From Bacteroidota bacterium (GTDB lineage Bacteria > Bacteroidota > Bacteroidia > Chitinophagales > BACL12): DNA of 44,466 nucleotides. How positions within the stretch are numbered: the first letter of the stretch is position 1; each line of letters starts with the position of its first letter. The stretch is taken from NCBI GenBank assembly GCA_043727235.1, contig JAYSYX010000051.1, positions 1-44,466 on the forward strand. Direction: 5' to 3'. Positions 38,509 through 44,466 of this stretch are shown here, one piece after another. The notes under the pieces were generated by a model. It was given only the letters and a program-made list of their open reading frames with translations, had not been told where the DNA came from and did not search any database. Made by a program: the position numbers and the translations under genes.

Positions 38509-38516
38509 TATCTTTG
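38509..38516 (+). promoter_or_regulatory. -7 promoter box for the polysaccharide locus
   Basis: TATCTTTG followed by C, 20 nt before ATG 38537. Confidence 0.65.
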
Positions 38517-38536
38517 CACGAAATTTTAAAAAAAGT

Positions 38537-40909
38537 ATGAAGAAGATTTCTTCGTTGGGCTTGATCGTAATGATTGCAAGTTCCATTTTTACTCTTAATG
38601 CGCAAACACCTGTTATTCCAACAGTTTCTTCGGGAACTCTTGAATCTCTTGGTTTCGATCAAACGGAAATTGATGCCATAATGGAAACTACAGGCACTTC
38701 TACAACCACAGCGGTAGAATCAGCCACAATTATCTCGGATGCGCAACAGGCAGCTGTAGACGCAGCTAATAGCCAGATCAATACTTTAGCACCAAATACC
38801 GGGACAATTGCTTCTCCGGCTATTCAGGAAGCTATTGCGGAAGTATCAGGCGAAGTACTTGCTCCGGCGCCCATTTGGGGCCAGGATTTTTTCCGCAGTG
38901 GCTCTATAGACCTTTTCGAAAAGGTGCCAAATTCCAAGGTGGGCGATAACTATATTCTCGGCGAGGGGGATATGATCACTATTGCAATCTATGGTTATGC
39001 CTATTTCAATTCAAACTTCACCATCAACGAAGAGGGGTATATCACAGCAATTGAAGTTGGTAGAATTTATCTGAAGGGATTGACCTTTAGTGCTGCTAAA
39101 CAGCTATTGCGTCAGCGTTTTGCCTCAGCATTCGACCTCACTAACTCCAAATTTGATGTGACTCTAACCTATTCCAAAAGTATTAAAGTAAATATAGTGG
39201 GTGAGGTAATAAATCCTGGTTCCTACAACATATCCTCTTTTAACACTGCCTTTAATGCACTGGTGGCAGCAGGTGGTGTAACAGATATCGGATCTGTGAG
39301 AAATATTCAGATCAAAAGAAACAACCGCGTTATCAAAACGCTGGATGTTTATCAATTCCTGATGAATCCGGGCTCAACCGACGACACTTACCTGGAAGCC
39401 AACGATTATATCGTGGTGAACGGTATTGGAAGGGTGGTTCAAGTGGATGGGGAGGTTAATAGACCTACAAAATACGAATTGGTTCCAGGTGAGAATCTGA
39501 ATGAACTGATTTATTATGCAGGTGGATTGAAATCAACTGCTTACAAACGCAACGTATCTATTTTCCGATATATCAATAATGAAAATGTTGTACTCGATTT
39601 TAATCTCGACAGCGTTGAAAGAGAGCAAATAAATTTTCCGCTTCTGAATGGTGATAAAATTGTGTTCTCCAAAATACCGGAAGTGATAGAAAATATCGTG
39701 ACCATACAGGGTTCTTGTCGTTTCCCCGGTAATTATCAACTCACAGCGGATATGCGTATATCCGACCTGATAGAAAAAGCAAAGGGTTTGAATTATGACG
39801 CTTACACTGACCGCGCATATTTAATTCGCAAGGATGCAAAAATGAATGATGTTTATATTCCTTTCGAATTAGATGAAGTTTTGGCGAATTCCAATTCTCC
39901 ATTCAATTTTAAATTGGCGAAATTTGATGTTGTAGATATCTTTTCAAAAGAGGAATTCAGAGAAACATTTAATGTATCCATAGCAGGTGCAGTTAAAATG
40001 CCCGGTACATTTCCTTATTATCAACAAATGACCTTAAAAGATCTTCTTTATTATTCCGGTGGATTAAAAGTAGAGGCCGCGAATAATAAAATAGAAGTTT
40101 CCCGTATTGTGAACTTCAGTGATGCGAGCAGTCAAAATGAACCAACAAGAGTAATTGTACAATCTGTTTCCGTTGATAAAGCACTTGATGTGGATGATGC
40201 AGCGAATTCTTTTATACTTCAGCCTTACGATCAGGTGTATGTTAGAACTACTCCGGAATTTGAATATCAAAAAAATATTACCGTATTAGGAGAGGTTAAA
40301 TATCCGGGTGTATATACATTGTTATCTCGCACCGAAACTTTAGCAGATGTAATTGAAAGAGCCGGCGGTTTAACGCAGTGGGCATATGCTGAGGGTGCAA
40401 CAATGAACAGAATGGATGTTACTTCCACTTTGGTGTTTCTTGGAAAAGCAATGGAAAATCCTGAATCGAAATATAATTATGTAATGCGTGAAGGTGATAT
40501 CGTAACGGTGCCTAAACAGGGTGACCTTGTTGCATTAAAGGGAGAAATTAAATATCCTTTTATCGGCGATCCGGGAACTGTTGTAGTTCCTTATGAAAAA
40601 GGAAGATCTGCTCGCTATTTTATTAAAAAATACGGTAAGAATTTCGATGATGATGCCCAAAGAAGTGAAACTTACGTTGTAGAGCCGAACGGTTATGTGC
40701 ATAGAACACATAATTTCCTCTTTATACACTTCTATCCCAAAGTAAAAGTTAAAGGAAGTCAGATAGTAGTTCCTCAGAAACCGCAGGATAAGGAAGAACC
40801 GGAAGGACCGGAAGAAATAAAGGAACCATTTGACTGGAATACTTTTGCAACTACGTTTAGTGCAGGTATACTGAGTTTTGCGACAATTTATGTATTGTTA
40901 CAACGCTGA
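38537..40909 (+). CDS. Polysaccharide export protein with multiple SLBB domains (Wza/KpsD-like)
   Basis: Poly_export motif YILGEGD.I.I..YG; repeated V.GEV..PG.Y and AGGL SLBB units; C-terminal hydrophobic helix; signal peptide from ATG 38537. Confidence 0.9.
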   Translation: MKKISSLGLIVMIASSIFTLNAQTPVIPTVSSGTLESLGFDQTEIDAIMETTGTSTTTAVESATIISDAQQAAVDAANSQINTLAPNTGTIASPAIQEAIAEVSGEVLAPAPIWGQDFFRSGSIDLFEKVPNSKVGDNYILGEGDMITIAIYGYAYFNSNFTINEEGYITAIEVGRIYLKGLTFSAAKQLLRQRFASAFDLTNSKFDVTLTYSKSIKVNIVGEVINPGSYNISSFNTAFNALVAAGGVTDIGSVRNIQIKRNNRVIKTLDVYQFLMNPGSTDDTYLEANDYIVVNGIGRVVQVDGEVNRPTKYELVPGENLNELIYYAGGLKSTAYKRNVSIFRYINNENVVLDFNLDSVEREQINFPLLNGDKIVFSKIPEVIENIVTIQGSCRFPGNYQLTADMRISDLIEKAKGLNYDAYTDRAYLIRKDAKMNDVYIPFELDEVLANSNSPFNFKLAKFDVVDIFSKEEFRETFNVSIAGAVKMPGTFPYYQQMTLKDLLYYSGGLKVEAANNKIEVSRIVNFSDASSQNEPTRVIVQSVSVDKALDVDDAANSFILQPYDQVYVRTTPEFEYQKNITVLGEVKYPGVYTLLSRTETLADVIERAGGLTQWAYAEGATMNRMDVTSTLVFLGKAMENPESKYNYVMREGDIVTVPKQGDLVALKGEIKYPFIGDPGTVVVPYEKGRSARYFIKKYGKNFDDDAQRSETYVVEPNGYVHRTHNFLFIHFYPKVKVKGSQIVVPQKPQDKEEPEGPEEIKEPFDWNTFATTFSAGILSFATIYVLLQR

Positions 40910-40943
40910 TAATATTCAATAAAGAAAAGGGAGAATTAAAGTT

Positions 40944-42089
40944 ATGCAATACGATCGTCCTTATAATGATGAAATAAATATTGGAGATTTATTTACCAAA
41001 TTCGGTGAATACCGCCGTTATATTTTAAAAAAATGGTGGGTTGTGTTGATCGTGGCAATTATTTTGGCCATTCTTCTCCGCTTTTATGCAAATTGGAAAA
41101 AGGAAAGTTATATTTCTCATGCCGATTTTGCAGTGAAAGGAACCGAGGGATCTTCGACTTCTTCATTAGCATCTTTAGCAAGTTCATTTGGTATTGGATT
41201 GGCAACGGGAACAGAATTTACCAATGAATTATTTTTAGTAGTTCTACAATCAAGAACACTTGTAAAACAGGCATTAACTGAAAAAAGAACTTTGTCCGTA
41301 AAAAAAGGGGTGCCGCCTCGCGAAGATTATTTAGCGAATTTTTATATTGAAATGTACCCGAAATGGGCTAAGAAAAAAAAGATAAAGGATTTTAAATTAG
41401 AAAATGGGAGTTTAGATTCTCTCACCAGAAAAGAGGATAGTTGTTTAACAGTAATTTATGACGAATTTATTGAGAATGATATCACTACTGAATTTAGTGA
41501 TGATCTTGGCATGAACCAAATGGAAGTTTCGTCGCTAAGCAGAGATTTTTCTTTTTATATGGCTGATTATCTTGCATATGCAGGGTCAGCTTACTACATC
41601 AGTACGCAGGTAAAAAATGAAGAAATAACTGTTAGTTTTTTACAGGTCAAATCAGATTCCCTGAGACAATTATTAGAACAAAAAGAAGATCAGTTGGCAA
41701 AATTACAAGATAATTCAAGTTATCAGGTAAAATTTGCAGGTTACCTGGGTCAAAACAGATTATTGCGCGATATAGGATTGGTTACTACGGAATACTCCAC
41801 CACCTTTGCGCAATTGCAATTGGCATTATTCGACCTTCAAAATAAAACACCACTTGTTGATATTATTGACCAGCCAAGATATTCGACCATTAAGGAAAAA
41901 GAACAAACAACAATGTTCATGATCATCGGTTTTATATTAGGTGCATTTCTCACAAGCATAGGTCTGGGAGTTCGTAAATATATACGCGATTCTGTTGAAG
42001 AGGGTAAACAAAAACAATTGGTGATTGAAAAATATAATAAAGAAAAAAGTAACCAATCGCTAATAGATCCAGATAGTAATAAAATTTGA
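40944..42089 (+). CDS. Polysaccharide co-polymerase (Wzz-like), no kinase domain
   Basis: DEINIGDL N-terminus, two TM helices flanking a coiled-coil region, LQSRTL, IIDQP before TM2. Confidence 0.82.
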   Translation: MQYDRPYNDEINIGDLFTKFGEYRRYILKKWWVVLIVAIILAILLRFYANWKKESYISHADFAVKGTEGSSTSSLASLASSFGIGLATGTEFTNELFLVVLQSRTLVKQALTEKRTLSVKKGVPPREDYLANFYIEMYPKWAKKKKIKDFKLENGSLDSLTRKEDSCLTVIYDEFIENDITTEFSDDLGMNQMEVSSLSRDFSFYMADYLAYAGSAYYISTQVKNEEITVSFLQVKSDSLRQLLEQKEDQLAKLQDNSSYQVKFAGYLGQNRLLRDIGLVTTEYSTTFAQLQLALFDLQNKTPLVDIIDQPRYSTIKEKEQTTMFMIIGFILGAFLTSIGLGVRKYIRDSVEEGKQKQLVIEKYNKEKSNQSLIDPDSNKI

Positions 42090-42123
42090 CACCAAGGTGT
42101 TTAATTAAAGAATTTGTCGGAAA

Positions 42124-43596
42124 ATGGTTTTTAATTCATTACATTTTTTAATTTTTTTACCTGCTGTCATCTTCCTGTACTTCTCCATTCCTTATAAATG
42201 GAGATGGTTGCTGTTGTTGTTTGTAAGTTATTATTTCTACATGTGCTGGAAAGCAGAATATGCTTTTCTTATCGTTTTATCAACCTCTATTGATTATTTG
42301 TGTGGTTTGCAAATGGCGAAACACGAGGATAAAAAGAAACGAAAACCCTGGATGATCATGAGTATTGTGATGAATTTATCCATACTCTTTTTGTTTAAAT
42401 ACTTCAATTTCTTTAATGATTCCGCGCGAGTTGTATTCGACAATCTCAATATATTCTATAATGTCCCGGAATTTAAATTGTTGCTCCCTGTAGGTCTGTC
42501 ATTTTATACTTTTCAGGCTATTAGTTATACCGTGGATGTATATAAAGGAACAGCAAAGGCGGAAAAGAATTTTGGATATTTCGCAACCTTTGTCGCCTAT
42601 TGGCCGCAGCTTGTTGCAGGGCCAATTCAGCGAAAAGAAGATTTTCTCCCACAATTAAAACAAAATTTTGATTTTGATTATGACAGAGTAAAACAAGGTC
42701 TCATAAGAATTTTATATGGATTCTTTAAAAAGGTGGTTATTGCGGACAGACTTGCAATTTTTGTAAGGGAAGTATATAATCAACCGGGAGAACATGGAGG
42801 ATTTGCCGTTATTTTAGCCACCTGGTTATTTGCAATTCAGGTGTATTGCGATTTTTCTGGTTATTGTGATATTGCAATAGGCTCTTCCCGAATAATGGGT
42901 CACAATCTGAGAGAGAACTTTAAAACACCATATTTCGCAAAATCTATCAGAGAGTTTTGGGAACGATGGCATATTACACTTACTGTGTGGGTGCGCGACT
43001 ATCTCTATATCCCGATGGGTGGAAGTAAGGTTTCTTTTCCCCGCATGTTGTTCAACAATTTGGCAGCATTAACAATTATGGGATTCTGGCATGGCGCAAA
43101 CTGGACATTTATCATGTTTGGATTTGTACATGGATCCTATATAGTAATCTCGAGAATATGGGATAGATACTTCCCCAAAATAAATTTGCCAACGCTCTTG
43201 CCCAAAGCAAAATGGCTGACAAATTTCTTGTTGATGTTCTGGATTTTTAATTTAACTTGTATTCCCGATATTTTCTTTTGTTCGAGGAATATTGACGAAT
43301 CCTGGATCATTATTAAAAGCATATTTAATCAACCCGACACCACCTGGGCACTTATTAATTCAAGTTCAGCTGCAGGTTCAACACCAAGTGTGATCGAATT
43401 TTGGTTATCTCTATTTTTTGTAGGCATTTTATTATACACGGATTATAATTTATATCTAAATAAAGATGTAACAATAGAAAAAAGAATTGCAGCAAAACCG
43501 GTTTATTTCAGGTGGGGATTTTACGTTTTAATAACAGTATTGGTTTCCTGGTTTGCAGTTACAACAGATTCGGTATTTATATATTTCCAATTTTAA
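42124..43596 (+). CDS. MBOAT family O-acyltransferase (AlgI/PatA/DltB-like)
   Basis: MVFNS, LPVGLSFYTFQ, PQLVAGPI, DFSGY, FWERWHITL, GFWHGA (catalytic His), terminal FIYFQF. Confidence 0.95.
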   Translation: MVFNSLHFLIFLPAVIFLYFSIPYKWRWLLLLFVSYYFYMCWKAEYAFLIVLSTSIDYLCGLQMAKHEDKKKRKPWMIMSIVMNLSILFLFKYFNFFNDSARVVFDNLNIFYNVPEFKLLLPVGLSFYTFQAISYTVDVYKGTAKAEKNFGYFATFVAYWPQLVAGPIQRKEDFLPQLKQNFDFDYDRVKQGLIRILYGFFKKVVIADRLAIFVREVYNQPGEHGGFAVILATWLFAIQVYCDFSGYCDIAIGSSRIMGHNLRENFKTPYFAKSIREFWERWHITLTVWVRDYLYIPMGGSKVSFPRMLFNNLAALTIMGFWHGANWTFIMFGFVHGSYIVISRIWDRYFPKINLPTLLPKAKWLTNFLLMFWIFNLTCIPDIFFCSRNIDESWIIIKSIFNQPDTTWALINSSSAAGSTPSVIEFWLSLFFVGILLYTDYNLYLNKDVTIEKRIAAKPVYFRWGFYVLITVLVSWFAVTTDSVFIYFQF

Positions 43597-43599
43597 GAC

Positions 43600-44466
43600 A
43601 TGAAAAAATTATTCGTTAGGTTTGGTTTGTTGGTTTTAATAGTTCTGGTTTTAAGTCAGATCGCTATTATCGCCATGCCATTTTCATGGGGTAATATAAG
43701 ATTGAATTCAAAATATGAATCCTATGTAGATAACAGCGATCAATATAATACCTTGTTTATTGGTGCTAGTACAACCTACAGACATATAAATCCTGTTGAA
43801 TTCGATTCTCTTGTAAATGCACAGCGACCTGAATTAAATATAAAGTCATACAATTTCGGAATACCCGCAAACAGAACTCCGCAATCGGTTTACATGCTCG
43901 AAAATTTAATTAAATATGATAAATCGAATTTAAAATATGTGGTCATCGATCTCTCAGAACTTACAAAAATGGGAGCAGATAATCTCCACAAAAAAGAAAT
44001 GATATTTTGGTATACCCCCAATAATATTTTGGATGTGATGAAAGCAAGTTGGGAATCTGAGAAGGGCATAGCTAAAAAAATTAGTGTACCTGGATTACAT
44101 GCATTCTCTTTTTGTGAAAAATCATTGATGGTAGGTATGGGAACGGCAATGGTGCAGCAGGCAACAGGAATGAATGCGGATGAAAGAACCTTAGGGCCCG
44201 ACAGGAGAGGATTTTATTCTCTTGATCAGGAAATGAAAGATGATCCGGATGGAGATCTTGCAGTGCGTTACTCCGAATTGCGTACACCGGATACAATTGC
44301 TTATCGCACCCAGCGCTGTCAGTTTTTATTCGATAAATACGAAAATGCAACATCCAACCCAAATAAAACTATTGAAAAAAATCTGACCGATCTGATTAAA
44401 TTTTGTGAAGAAAATAATATTAAATTAATCATCATGCTATCGCAACGTTTAGGCGACAGGTATGAA
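43600..44466 (+). CDS. SGNH-like periplasmic acyltransferase partner (DltD/AlgJ-like), truncated by window end; absent from ORF track
   Basis: Open frame from ATG 43600 to the end: MKKLFVRFGLLVLIVLVLSQIAII.. (anchor), NTLFIGAST (block I-like Ser), SYNFGIP (block II-like). Confidence 0.7.
   Translation, partial: MKKLFVRFGLLVLIVLVLSQIAIIAMPFSWGNIRLNSKYESYVDNSDQYNTLFIGASTTYRHINPVEFDSLVNAQRPELNIKSYNFGIPANRTPQSVYMLENLIKYDKSNLKYVVIDLSELTKMGADNLHKKEMIFWYTPNNILDVMKASWESEKGIAKKISVPGLHAFSFCEKSLMVGMGTAMVQQATGMNADERTLGPDRRGFYSLDQEMKDDPDGDLAVRYSELRTPDTIAYRTQRCQFLFDKYENATSNPNKTIEKNLTDLIKFCEENNIKLIIMLSQRLGDRYE

Noticed and set aside
38456-38536. 27-aa N-terminal extension of the Wza-like ORF
   Set aside because: Spans the promoter box; the signal peptide begins at 38537.
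670-43322. Remaining 60-133 aa ORFs nested in or antisense to long genes
   Set aside because: No motifs, often non-ATG starts, and fully explained as alternative frames of confident genes.
44081-44362. 93-aa minus-strand ORF
   Set aside because: Antisense to the long open frame starting at 43600.

Overview
AT-rich, mostly core-genome window from a Bacteroidota bacterium, judged from TAnnTTTG promoter boxes, T9SS components and gene order. Left to right: uvrC-PBP1A-sprE/porW (minus strand), divergent from M23 peptidase-bactofilin-atpZ/atpI-like genes-T9SS M1 aminopeptidase; an outer-membrane barrel gene divergent from purT; a small accessory pocket (tandem-repeat hypothetical, AT-rich lipoprotein, an element with two alternative RNA folds); pdxA-thioesterase-yceD-rpmF-fabH-efp-accB-accC (minus); rsmA and a 2-hydroxyacid dehydrogenase; an 8.7-kb three-gene cassette (giant TonB-dependent-type receptor, 1292-aa T9SS-type cargo with an atypical C-terminus, PorV/PorQ-family barrel); greA-HIT; ruvC; a lysylphosphatidylglycerol-synthase-like membrane protein with DUF3108; LD-carboxypeptidase; metG; and the start of a polysaccharide locus (SLBB/Wza, Wzz-like, MBOAT, truncated SGNH-like). 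rpmF and the final truncated gene are missing from the ORF track. No rRNA, tRNA, CRISPR array or transposase was seen. The best candidate for an uncharacterised system is the receptor-cargo-PorV triad, followed by the switchable RNA at 15053-15151. All family assignments are from motif recognition, not database searches.
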